NCBI RefSeq assembly: GCF_902652985.1
Contig: NC_047018.1
Coordinates: 23,622,001 to 23,686,000 of the forward strand
Length of the DNA: 64,000 nt
Direction: 5' to 3'
Source: Pecten maximus
Taxonomy: Eukaryota
The stretch's first letter is position 1, and every line of letters starts with the position of its first letter. Under the pieces are notes generated by a model, which saw nothing but the letters and a program-made list of their open reading frames with translations, ran no database searches and was not told where the DNA came from. The position numbers and the translations under genes were made by a program. Positions 12,644-25,646 of the stretch are shown in pieces.

Positions 12644-12825
12644 ACCCAGTTTTATCAATATTCTTTAACTTAATGAAATTCTATAAATAAAGTCTTACAT
12701 AAAAAAGATGAAAAATTAAAAGAAGGTTCCTTAACCAAGTTTGTTTTTCTCAAATCAAGTCATGCTTTATCAAAGATTTTAAGTTAAGGAATATCCACAG
12801 GTTAAGAACATTGATGAAACTGGGT
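12644..12825. mobile_element. Older MITE-like element with imperfect ~26-bp terminal inverted repeats
   Basis: ACCCAGTTTTATCAATATTCTTTAAC at the left end versus GTTAAGAACATTGATGAAACTGGGT at the right end (few mismatches, one indel); AT-rich non-coding interior. Confidence 0.65.
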
Positions 12826-14187
12826 ATGGTCAATATTTTTCGGGGTAAGTTTATTTTTGTGTTTATTCAAATATTTGTTAGTTATGAAAGGACATAAAGT
12901 TATTCTGGGTGATTGTATTTATAAATCAAATTAACGCCTGATTTTGACAAATGTTAATTTTATTTTAGAGTGAAATATAATATAGATAGTGTCAGTGAGG
13001 CGTCAGGATTAAGTAAATCTCGAAAGTAAGTTTGTGCTTTATGAAGGCCGTGAAGTTGAACAAGCTATTTTATCTGTTCACAATATAGACTGTCGAGTTT
13101 CTGTGTGATCACGTTACTCAGGTATCACTGGCAGAGATAAAGCAATATCTATTCTGTCTAACACACACAGACATATCCGTTATATAAAAGTACATTTTAT
13201 TTCTAAACAAAATACAGGGTAAAATAAACCTGTCAATAGCTTCCAATTTTTAAAGGCCCAAATACCTTTCGTGTCAACTAAGACCGCTTAAATTGTTGTG
13301 ACAAACGCTGTTTAGGGTTATCTATTCATGCCGTTTGGTATCAATCAGTTTATTAATTCACCTTTCCTTTGAAATGTTAAACTATTTTTTCATGAAAAAT
13401 ACACATTGTTGGTTTTTACAATTAGCTATTTAATTTTTCTTTGATGTACGACCCAAAACACTTACCGAACAAAAAGGATTATATTGACCATGAAAGGCAT
13501 TGTTGAGTCGTAAATCATCCTACTCATTTATGGACGAAAAATATCCTTTTAGTTTCTACAAAAAAATTTACGCAATTTCTTATCTCGAATATTTTTAAAA
13601 CAATGACAAACACTGTCGCTTTAGGCATGCATTTGACCAATGAAAACCCCTAACATAACTGGTGTTCATCACATCTTATCGTCAGGTCTGTGCCGGAAGG
13701 AACTTTTATAACTGTCTTTTGTCACACAAACAGGTACAATCGCAAGTTCTATCAAAATTGTGTAAAAACACTAAAATGTATGTATTTTCAAAGGAGCCAG
13801 CGATGTTTGATCCCGGATTTGACCGACTGTTGTTACTGACGTAGGTAGTGGATACAGATGATTAGATATGATTAGATATACTATCCAAAGCTGTATTTAA
13901 TACATATGAATAAAGTTTATAAGTATTTCTGCCCACTGACGTGTAAAAGAAAACATTTGCAGGTTTTATTCCCGATGTATTCTGTATCGTTTTTAACAGT
14001 CTTGTTATTGACGAGTTACTCATTATTTATTTATTATAGAATATATGTTTAATAAAGAAACTGTGATATTTGAAATAAATTTGATTTTCGCATTTGGTAG
14101 GAAAGAAGCTTTTTCAAGTCAAGTTAAAATAAGTGTAATAAAACTTTTAATGAATCCTAATTTAATATAAATGCTACATTTCATGTC

Positions 14188-14445
14188 TTTTGATTTAGAT
14201 GATGAAGCTGGTATTCTAACGTTACCTTGTTTTGTTTTAGATGATAAATCTGATATTTTAACGTTACCTAGTTTTGTTTTAGATGATGATGCTGATATTT
14301 TAACGTTACCTAGTTTTGTTTTAGATGATGAAGCCGGTATTTTAATGTTATCTATTTTTGTTTTGGATGATGAAGCTGGTATTTTGACGTTGCCTTGTTT
14401 TGTTTTAGATGATGCAGCTGGTACTTTGACGTTACGTGGTTTTGA
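14188..14445. repeat. 42-bp tandem repeat, 6 copies (TTAGATGATGAAGCTGGTATTTTAACGTTACCTAGTTTTGTT); possibly coding on the minus strand
   Basis: Units at 14195, 14237, 14279, 14321, 14363 and 14405 with no indels. One frame is open on each strand (SSSKTKLGNVKIPA on minus, LDDEAGILTLPSFV on plus). Confidence 0.92.
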
Positions 14446-16007
14446 AGTGTGTGCTACATCTGTGTTACGATAATAACAATTGCTAATCACGGTGGACAGT
14501 CTTCATGTATGATATTTTAATTGTCATTAAGAATGTAATTGAAATTTCCTTTTTTTATCAGCACGTGTATAATTATTAATTTGATTTTGTAATATAAGAG
14601 TTATTTATGATGAACTGCCTAAGACATGTAATGTAATTTTGGATGTAATTGATTTTTGCATTATTTTTGTTTTGCTTTTTAGAATGGTAATGTTCTTGTT
14701 GTCTACATTTGTATATCAGTAGATACTATGTTTTGATAAAAGAATTCAGCGGTGTATCATTGTAACTAAATACTGTCAATTGTTGTTGTGTTAACAGTGA
14801 TGTTAAAGGGTGTATACAATATCATAAGTTGTAAAACGATATAGGTATGAACAGTATTCCAACTCTGGTATGATTAAGAAGTCGTCAATAATAAAGGATT
14901 TATAAACCAAACCAACACGACAGTATACTTCTATACATTATGAGGGTTGACGTATTGACACCAGGCGATTGACAATAATATGTATCGACAGCATGTATCT
15001 TAGATATGATTCTTGTCGAAATTTGAAACATATTTTACTTTAAGATACATTTGTTATCTGTTGCAGATTTCGTTTCTCTCTTTTTTTTTTTAAACGAAAA
15101 CGACATGCCTGAGGTACAACACGATACGTGTTAATGTCCCGGAGTACACTATATATGATCTGGGAGTCTTATTCAGATGGACACTGATGATCTCATAACG
15201 ATGGTTTTATTACAGGAAACTTTTAGGGAAATATTGATTCTTATATTATAACATAATAATAACGAGAGTCATGTTTCGGCTTCCTTCACGTTGAACTACT
15301 TTTGTAAATTGATCACGAACATTTTTGCAATGAACACTGCAAACATAGTATTCTGAAACACTGGGTTTCAATTAAGAATCAGTGTTCATGAATAGCCATT
15401 TACTGACACGTTTGGACTGATTCTTGAAAAAAGAAATATGTAAAACAATAGTTAGCGTGTATAGTAGAAAAAGTGTCTTCATATAGAGGACAGACAGAGT
15501 TACCAAATAAGGGTAGCACCCCATTGATGTGCAATGTTTTATTCTGCTCGCTGGTCTTTGTTTAATGCTATGTTATACTTTAGTTGATAAGTTTATTACA
15601 TACCAAACAATACCTGTATACATATGGATTGAAAAAACAATAAAATTGACGAAATTCCAATAAGTTATTATAAAAATGATAAATTAACAATATAAACCTC
15701 ACAACTTCATATGTTCTTCGAGTGCATAGTACCATTACACACGATTGAAGAGCAGTGGAAATGTAAACACGACGTATTCTCTTGTTAATTTGTATACCTA
15801 TGTGTCTCACCACAGAATATTTTTTAGATCACTCAGCAACTGGTTTCATATTTCGTTGGTCGCAAATCATAATGACGTCGTGATAACGCACGGTTATCCT
15901 AATTTTTAAGGAGCATACGTAGTCATGATGCATATGTAAGTATATGCTATAAAAGAGATCAATGCTGTAAGCATTAATTAGCAATTAATTGACAATCCGT
16001 GTCAAAA

Positions 16008-16009
<2 letters not shown>

Positions 16010-16039
<30 letters not shown>

Positions 16040-16060
16040 CAAAAAAACAAAAAACAAAAA
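16010..16060. repeat. (CAAAA)n microsatellite
   Basis: Directly visible. Confidence 0.9.
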
Positions 16061-19000
16061 GTTATTCCTGGTAAACTAAAGGTTTATTTTCTCTAACACC
16101 ATAATATTGTTCCTTTAACTTTTTATAAATGAAACATTAAAAAAAAATGTTTTAAACACTTCCATCGTTATCTTCAATAAATTCTGCCTTACAAAAAGAA
16201 ATAGCAAATTATATTAACGCTTTTTAAATATGAAGGTATTAGTACAAAAACGGATTCGTTGACACCAATATGATAATATAAATATATACGACAATAATTT
16301 GAGAATATCTGGCGACAAGGATTTACGATGAAGGTATAAAAAGTACATTAATTTTCGGTCGTGATTGAACAAGAGAATTACATGATTATCGTCCGGGAAC
16401 TCCCTATGTGCCATTTAATCGGTGCGGATCGATAATAGTACCGACTTGTCGTCTGCTTCGTATCAAAATGACCGAGCACGTGACCATTCGTTGTTTGTAA
16501 GTCGATTGGATCAAGTCGCTCGGAGGGGTAAACTTTCTGGGATAATAATGCTACAGGGACGCGAGGTACTTTTTCCTTTCTGAAATGGCTACATTGTGTC
16601 CATTATATACACTTGATATCTATAAATTTTCTCTCTCTTCGACCTATATTTTGATAGCAATATTACATTTATTCATTTGCATTTGGTTTAAACACAATAA
16701 TGCATTAACGAAATTAAAGACATTTTCCTAGTTCTAATAATGGTGTTTCCTTATGATTACAGCGAAAATACACTAAGTTATTAGCATTTGAATATATAAC
16801 AAGGTAATATTAATTGAATATCAATATTTATATATTATAAATGAGTTATTTAAGAACATATTCGTGATATAAGGTCTAATATATGAACATTTAAAAGAAC
16901 ATTTAATTTAATCTCAAATGTGTGATTGTAAGCAATCATTCGAAACTGCTTCATATAATTTTTGAATTCAATAAATACTAGTATATTATTCGCCAGACAC
17001 ACTAACATAATTTGAATAATTAAACACATGATCATCTGTTTATTGTGTTTTGTTACACATTGTTTTAATAGATGTAATGACACAATACAGATATCTTATT
17101 TCATATCAGACCTTAAAGACATATATAAGGTATGATTCTTTACTCTCACCATTATTGGAGCATGTATATCCTTATCGTAACTATTGAGAAAAATACGTCC
17201 CCTGGCGGACTACAAGACAATGCAATGTAATGTGAGATTATTTAGATATTGTTACTTTATTATACTTTTATTATTTACTTATACCCGTTGAAGGAAATTA
17301 GCTCTGGACAGCTTAGATGGATCTTTTGCTTCCACAATGACATAAAAATAAAAAATAAAATAAGTTAATGAAATAATCCTTTCAAATAAGTTAAGGAAAT
17401 ATTATATTACTTGTAGGAATCGGTGTCACCCTAATAACAAATTATATATCTATTTGCTGAAATTTGACCAGCAACAGTGTATGGCTTGTGTGTTATGTAA
17501 AAGGACTTTATGACCTAGATCTGTTTGGGATAAATTACCTGATATTTAGACTCAATACACTTATCTTATATGAATATCAATAATGCATTGCCCTATACTG
17601 AAGTAATTCACTTAATATAATGACATTGTGGCCTTGATAAATATCTCATGAAATTAAAAGTTCCCATTAAAATGTTTAATATATAAAGAATACTGATATT
17701 CACCAAGGAGTTACATCCACTTATCTCAGTCTACCACATCAGTGTACAATGTATATGCCCGTGTTTCCTACCGCCTGCTGTCACAGGACAGGACAGATAT
17801 TCTATGCCTGATGTCCAATCCTATTGACAATTCAAATGTGAATTGAAATCGAATATAAAAGTCAGCATCATTATCGGTCAAACATGAACATATCAATAGA
17901 TCCACAAACATACGCCGAGGTTTATTGAATTAAAATATTTCACTATTTCAATAGAAAACATATTGTTTAATTAAGATTCATTCCTAAAAATAACTGACTG
18001 TCCTTATTGACATATTATCGACATAGCTAGAAGTCGTAATTGTTTAATAACAACGAAACGATACAATAAATTTACATATAGTGCAGTTCTGTATTTGGCT
18101 CTGTTTCCTACCCTATTACATCAGGGGTCGAATTTAATCAAGGGCATACCTTCGGGCACCTCGTCTCTTATCCATCATATCCACTGAATATCTTCCCTTT
18201 GGCCGTCCTCTAGACTCGCTCGGAAACCTCAGTTATCCTCAAGGGTGACACAATACCGCAAATTTTTATTGAATTTTACTAACAAATATGAAGTGTAGAC
18301 GGACATGTGTGATCCCGATGGAGATATATAGCTTCAAGAACCTCTTTCGAAACAAATTTTTGGGCCATGTCACGGTGTATATGACTAAAGGCGATGTGGA
18401 AAAGTCCAATATTCACTAAACGGCTGCCCAGGGAATTTATATGCCCTTTCTATTAGAAAATAATTTGCAGTTAATCAATTTTTGGTTTTTATATGGACGA
18501 AGATTACGTTGTTAACGAATGACCATAAAATGCATGTCCTTGCTCACGAAAGGGGACGGTTTTAGCAAGTAGTGTTTGGTAGTGCTGTGTATTTTACGAA
18601 TGCAAATATACGGAATAATGCACGTCCTAAACAAAAACAACATCAAACGATGCGTCACTAAAATGCATGATTTGTTCTTTATAAAGTTATCATGTTCCTA
18701 TTTAGGAATATTTTGGAAAAATCTTTAGGTATTGTTGAAATTTTCTGTTTTTGCAAGAGTTGATTAATTGTTGCCTTTCAGTAAACTTTACATGGTTATT
18801 GTTACATTAGATCTTCTGTGGCCGTTATTAGTTGTTTTATTCTGGTGTCAATAAAATAACCCTGAAACCATTTATACACAAACCTGATAAACCAATATAC
18901 ACGTACTGTTACTGGCTTTCTTGTTTTCCACAATAAAAAGTTCTGTAACCAGTTGCTATTATATCTGTTAAATTAAATATATATGCTGGTATATGAAAAC

Positions 19001-19078
19001 AACATATTTCGTCGTGAAAAATGTGACAGAAGTAATTTAGTGTTTACAACCTGCTCTGACACAGAACCTGACCGTTGG

Positions 19079-19430
19079 ATGGTTACCAATGCCCTAAACA
19101 TTTTCGATGGTTACTAATGCCCTGAGCGTTTCTCATGGTGCCCTATACTCTGAACGTTTCTCATGGTTACCAATGTCCTGAACGTTTGCGATTGTTACCA
19201 ATGCTCTGAACGTTTCTCATGGTGCCCCATACTCTGAACGTTTCTCATGGTGACCAATGCTCTGAATGTTTTCGTTGGTCACCAATGCCCTGAACGTTTC
19301 TCATGGTGACCAATCCCTGAACGTTTTCGATAGTTACAGATTCCCTGAACGTTGCCGGTGGTTAACAATGCCCTGAACTTTTCTGATGGTTACCAATGGC
19401 CTGAACGTTTCCTGTGGTTACCAATGCCCT
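19079..19430. repeat. Degenerate minisatellite, ~28-bp unit (ATGGTTACCAATGCCCTGAACGTTTCTC), ~12 copies
   Basis: GGTTACCAATG...CTGAACGTTT recurs at 27-28 nt spacing. Confidence 0.93.
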
Positions 19431-22248
19431 TCAATACCAAACTATCCCTATTATAGAGTATTACAGTTTAGTACGCGAAACATTAAAAAAACAAAAGATA
19501 CTAATTTAATAGTATCAACTTAAACGCCCTTGCTTTCCATTGGTTCTCGTCTGTCGGTTGTCCATACTAGATCTCTCGATTGTGTTGTTTGTTAGTTAAA
19601 GCCAGCGTACGTGCTACCCACCCTACGGGTGTTGGTTACACCACTCATCAACAGATAGAGGAGACCGTATATCGCGGTGTGTGAGATATTCTTTTGGAGG
19701 GGATGTGCTGATTTGGATTAATTAAGACGAGTACATAGCGCCGTCTTCCCCCCAAGGGCCCGTGGTCGACAAAACGGCCTACAGAAGCCGAATAGGTTGG
19801 ACAGAGGAACTTCCGAAGAACGAAACGGATGACCTTTCGTGTTACACTGGGCCAATCCGTCCAATTATAGTGGTTTTCTAGCAGCTTTAATTAATGGTTG
19901 GATTAGTAAGCGAGAATCGTCCTTCCGAAATATGAACAATTACAGCAGATATGGAAGCTTCATAATTATCACATACCTCAAAGGCATAAAATTTTTGAAA
20001 ACAACAAAAGCCACACAGGAGGAGCTTTTTTGTTCCTTCTTTCTTTTCAAATACTTAAAAACCGAACCTGGAAAAATTGCTTTGCAATGGTATAAACTAG
20101 AGTAGCTCCAATTACTAACAGAGGCTTGTAAAGTGATACGAGCGAGTTCACCACAGTGCTTTACCAATACACACGATCTAATGGATTCTGAGGCTGTGTT
20201 GGCTGCTGTTTTGGCGGGAGATAGTTACTGGACCACGTTCCTGTTTTCAGTGTAGTCCTTTGATACAATGAAATGAAAAGGCAACGGCGCAGACATGAAA
20301 GATTGCAAGTCTACATGCACACGAGATGAACTAGATGATATCAATAGAGATAAATGTATATAATGTAATTTCAACGGCAGACCACATGCAGATTAAAAAT
20401 TAAAAACTAGCATTCAGAAAACACCTTTAAGAAATACAAATAATTTTGTCTTCATCCAGAAGAGAGAGAGAAAAAAAATAGCGGAGTACCAAATACAACT
20501 GCCGACAAGAACATATTTTTATATAGATAACCAATCTAAGTTAACTTTGGATAAAATCAATGTTAGAAACGGAAATGAAAGAAACATTTATAAATTAGTA
20601 ACGATAACAAATTGATTTTTTCGGTGTCGTATTGAGAGAAGAAGAATGACAATGTGAGCTACCTACATTAGATATTTGATTTGTTTACATGAAAGTGTGT
20701 CTTTGCGTCCTCAGACTGGTTAGTTCTTCCTAAAAACTTTACTTTTAACTAAAAACTTGTTTATCTGTTTATATATTCTCGCAAAAATATTTTGAAAATC
20801 AAGTCTTTGAAAATCTATACTTTTTCCAAATAAAAACACCAAATTTGCATTAAAAGTAAGATCAAACTATGTAAAAAAGATGGTATACATGTATATCATT
20901 TCGGTTACTAATATGCTTCTGAAATGATTCTATAAATATATTATGTACTATACACTTAATACAATTAGGAATGATAATGCTTATGATGTTTAGACCAAAT
21001 AAAATGCCATTCAATACTTCGAATGACATTCCATTCAACCATAATAACAAGTTAAACGTGTCTTAAAGTAAGTTTAGATATAATATAGAAATAAAATATA
21101 AAATATAATATAATATAAAAACCGCCCGTAAATCCTCTAGCCGTCTGTGTTGTACAAGTTATACTACTGGGCCTACATTTCACCTGTCCTGGTTTCAATC
21201 AGATCCGACATTATATATGTTGTGTACATATAGACCTAAACGTCCAGGAGCGATATTCAAATAATTAATAGATTGAATGATACTTAACCGCTCTTGACGC
21301 GGTAGTATGAGTATTTAGCCCTCTTGTATACTGTATTTAAATGTTAAAAAGTCAAGAAATGACATTCTAAGTTGTTTTCCACCTCGGGACATAAATGGCC
21401 GTCTGTGGCTTACTGTCTGTCCTACGTAATGCACAGCTTTTGAATTTGTAATACACATTATGCCTTAAGATTGTGTTATAATGTACGACCGTCTCGCCGT
21501 TTATTTAATGATGTGAGCGCATTGAGTAATATTTGATAATATAACTGTAAAGAAGTCCTGGCCTGTGTCCTCTTCAGGACAACAGACCACAAAAATGACT
21601 GACGAACTGTACCTATGGAGACCTCAAGCCAACCCCACAACATTAGTGAAACCTGAATGATTTTCAAAAGTTAAATCCTTTGCCATAATTAACCTGGTCC
21701 TTAATGATGAAAAAGGTTGTGAACCACAGACTAATCCTGCCCGGAGCAGGGTTTAGGCTTTTCTGGCTGTAATCAGGCTTGTTTGGCGTGTTGTGTGAAT
21801 AAGCCAGGACCAAGAAGTCATTATACCACACCAATCGTCTGGGTTTATGCTCATTAAAACTTACCTATAACTTTTCACGCCGTTAAGAATTAAAGTCTTC
21901 ATATCAGACTTTCAAGTCTGTTTTTGAAATATAATCTTTGATCGTTCTTCCGAGACATTTTGACAATGGCTAAAAATGTGCCAGTGAGATTTGACCTACA
22001 AACATGATAAGCCAGGTTGTTTCATACCATAGCATGCGTATCTATACATTTACAATGCAAATGTGAAGTGTACCCGAAATCTCCAGCATGTATACCCCCA
22101 CATATCAGATTTCCTGCTTATATACTTTTTGATCGCTTGTCACTAGTATCATTAGCAACCCCAGTCCTTTCAGCTAAGACGCAACACGTTATCCTATTGT
22201 TTGAACATTATTTATTGTTGTCATATTGACCTACCAGTGTGTGTTATG

Positions 22249-22705
22249 CCATGTTGTATGATCTCTAGATGTTGTGTCATGCATGATCAGTATATGTTGT
22301 GTCCTGTTGTATGATCAGTAGATGTTGTGGCATTTTGTATGATCAGTAGATGTTGTGTCCTGTTGTATGATCAGTAGATGTTGTGTCCTGTTGTATGATC
22401 AGTAGATGTTGTGTCCTGTTGTATGATCAGTAAATGTTGTGCCCTGTTGTATGATCAGTAGATGTTGTGGCATGTTGTATGATCAGTAGATGTTTTGTCC
22501 TGTTGTATGATCAGTAGATGTTGTGTCATGCTGTATGATCAGTAGATGTTGTATCCTGTTGTATGATCAGTAGATGTTGTGTCCTGTTGTATGATCAGTA
22601 GATGTTGTGTCATGTTGTATGATCAGTAGATGTTGTGTCCTGTTGTATGATCAGTAGATGCTGTATCATGTTGTTTGATCTGTAGATGTTGTGTCGTGTT
22701 GTCTG
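22249..22705. repeat. Minisatellite, 28-bp unit (TGTTGTATGATCAGTAGATGTTGTGTCC), ~16 copies
   Basis: 28-nt periodicity, e.g. TGTTGTGTCC at 22351 and 22379. Confidence 0.97.
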
Positions 22706-22740
22706 ATAAATATATGTTTCATCAGTACGCTTCATTCTTT

Positions 22741-22839
22741 TGTATAATAAGTATATGTTGTTGTGTTGTATGATAAGTATATGTTGTTGTGTTGTATGAT
22801 AAGTATATGTTGTTGTGTTGTATGATAAGTATATGTTGT
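22741..22839. repeat. 26-bp tandem repeat (TGTATGATAAGTATATGTTGTTGTGT), ~3.7 copies, related to the adjacent 28-mer
   Basis: Visible periodicity; the unit aligns to the neighbouring 28-mer with a few substitutions and a net 2-nt loss. Confidence 0.9.
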
Positions 22840-25544
22840 CCTAGCTATATGTCTTTTATATAATTGTCACATTGTGATAATTAAAAACTAGCACTATTCC
22901 TTTGTACATATTTAACATACTGTTTGATGCAAAACAATATTACATAACAAAGAGGACGAAACAAGACAAAATACTGCTTTTAACGATATACTTTTCATTC
23001 AATATTGCACTGGTCGTTGACTTGTGTGGCGAGCGAAGCTTTCGACCATCGGGACACTATCACTGGTCGGCCCGGAGCTTATAAACTCAGAAAGGAGCAT
23101 CCACGGAAATTACATGTGTTGTAATTGGGGTGTAATAAGGAGGTGATGGACCTATTTGTGTCTGAAGAATCCCGACATCGTGCCGGGAGAGCTGGCGCGT
23201 GGACCTTACCACCGCTCGACCAAAGTCTTCGGCCCCAGGGGTGAAACCGAAATGTCTCTTTCACTGTGATTATTACAAGGTACCCAGCATTCTACTCCCA
23301 AGCGTAGTGCACCCAAGAGCTAGAAAATCAAATTGATATAATAAACACAATTCAAATTGAACTGTGTGAAACGGCGAAAATTACAAACGAGAGCAATCAC
23401 AGGGCGTGATAGGTTTGTTTGAGATCAAAAGTCAGCTGTTAAATTGATTAGTGAAATTTGACAGTCATTTGTGTTGAAATAGATTATGACAGAAGTGAAT
23501 CTGTTTCCAATTTTATCACGTGTTTTCATGATAAATTCACAAAGGAAATGGTGGAAATTTACCAAGTCGACTTCGCTCGAAATACTTTCGGAAATCAAAT
23601 GAAATGATATAAGGGTTTGCCCTTTTATATTGTTAATCATGTTTTTTGTTCATCATCACTAACCGTATTATTGATTCACAAATTAACTGATTTTAAGGAA
23701 CAGGACGTAGGTATTCTATAACAGAGTGTCATTAACTTGCAAAAAGCACCAGTGCAACGTTTACATATGACTACTGAATTGAGTTATTATCTCAAGTAGA
23801 TCACGTAATGAAGCTTGAAATTATTTTGCAATGAAATGGTAAGGTTTTTCTAAAAAAAGAAAACTGACTACTTTCGAAAGAGTTATTTTTGTTGTCACAT
23901 CGTTTGTACCTATATACATACACATATATGACGCAGATGGCAGTGAACTCCTTTGTTTGGCTGTTAATAGTTTACATTAGATTTGGAGAAGTGGAGTTCC
24001 ACCGCGGAAGTGCTAGCATTGAGATTAGAAGAGCTATTTTTCCTTACTAATAAAGTGTAACCTATACACCGTAGCATCGTCCTTCAACGAAGCATTTGAC
24101 GACGTATTCTAATTTTTTTTTCTACAAATATTACGCTTGTCAAGTTGTCTATCGTTAAACGCCTTACACAGCTCGAGTGATTACATCCCATGATCAACTT
24201 CAAATTTATTTGATAAATGGTTAATAAGAAAATATTGGAACAGTCGATCTACATAGATTATCTATATTATCACAGGAGGAAACAGCAACACGTCTAACAA
24301 AACAAGGGCCAATCAAGCACCTCTCTTAAACGTCTGTGGGCAAACTAGGTGTACTGGACGTGTAACGTGTTTCCTGGAACACGGACTGAATATGGGTTTA
24401 TTGATGGGAAATGATTTGTAGGTGAAAATCAGATAAATATTGATAAATGTCTGTTACACTGTATTTTTATTAAATCATATCAAGGTAATATGACTTAAGA
24501 CATAAATAACGTTTGCATGAAAACCCTTGATTTTACCATAATAATAAAATATAATATATAATTAAATGATTTCCTCGTTTCGGAGAATAGCGAAAAATAA
24601 GTGTCCTATAGGTACGTATCTAGGGTATTTCGTGAATTATGATCCAATAAGTGTACGACAAGTTGTAGGCACGTGCGAGGGTGAGTAGGTGGGAAATATT
24701 ATTCTAACCATGGACCTCTACGCGTACGGACAAGCTAATGTCCAATTATAAATTTAACAGTTTTATAGTCACTTCATTGTATTTACGTGTATACATATAA
24801 ACGAAATTTTGTTACAAAGAGTATAAAAGGTTTTCAGGTTGGGTGACTAGCTTGGCTCATGAGTATTTTCCCCAGTTATAAGTGTACACGCATACCAAAG
24901 TGTGCTCTTGGAGTGGGAGAGTTGAGTTAAATTCTTAAATTGACATGTATGTTTGTCGCAAGTTTCATGCTCAAGATTTTTCAAAAAGCGGGAGGTGACC
25001 AATCTATCGTCCACACTGGCTTATTGCAGATTTGTGTTTGAGTTGTTAAGTTGGAGAGAAGTATATATAAGGACCATAACTATTTGTTAGCCAATCAATA
25101 AATGAACATTGTAGTCATTCTTCTGTCTGATAAGTTGACTCCTTGGTTTGTGATTTTTATGTTACGTATGTATTAAGCCAGTATCAGTTTCAAACATGGG
25201 ACAAAATGTAATGGATTGTTTTCTTTCGAATAAGATTTTTTTAGTTCCCTTAAGCGGCATTTAAATAGTTATTCGAAATAATCTGTTGATTTGTTATGGC
25301 CAAATAGACGTTCAGGAATATGTTCTATTTACGTTATTAAAACTTGTTTTAATGTCTATGGTGCAATGTTTTGATATTTAAGTATAATGTCATACTTATC
25401 GTATTTTATTATTTACGTGTTTGGGGATTGATAAATATGTTGACGTCACAATCATTTGTTACTTTGATTTATAAACACGAGTGATTAAAATGAAACTATA
25501 ATAGTGATTATGTCTTCTACTCTCATTTCAATTTGTTTTCGCAG

Positions 25545-25646
25545 TTTTATCAACGGGTTTATTCCTGATATTTGACAGTGTATACCAAGTTTATTACGAC
25601 ATGGCTGTTTTGATAGCTATCCTAGCACCCCGTCACCCATACACAG
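25545..25646 (+). CDS. Candidate isolated 102-nt exon (phase 1-1; xLSTGLFLIFDSVYQVYYDMAVLIAILAPRHPYTx), product unknown
   Basis: Pyrimidine-rich acceptor ...CATTTCAATTTGTTTTCGCAG (AG at 25543-44), strong donor CAG|GTAAGC at 25647, and one fully open frame. No recognisable homology; could be a UTR or first coding exon (ATG at 25601). Confidence 0.3.

Noticed and set aside
15180-15215. CTGATGA hammerhead core box (also near 38014 and 40950)
   Set aside because: No stem II followed by a properly placed GAAA; this 7-mer is expected by chance.
23001-23025. TATTGCAC (miR-92-family seed-like)
   Set aside because: The rest does not match miR-92 and no precursor hairpin is evident. I recognised no conserved miRNA elsewhere in the window.
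23165-23230. Minus-strand A-box-like TGGTCGAGCGG (tRNA or SINE head)
   Set aside because: No proper B box (GTTCRA) at suitable spacing and no cloverleaf. The same applies to the A-box-like string near 45417.
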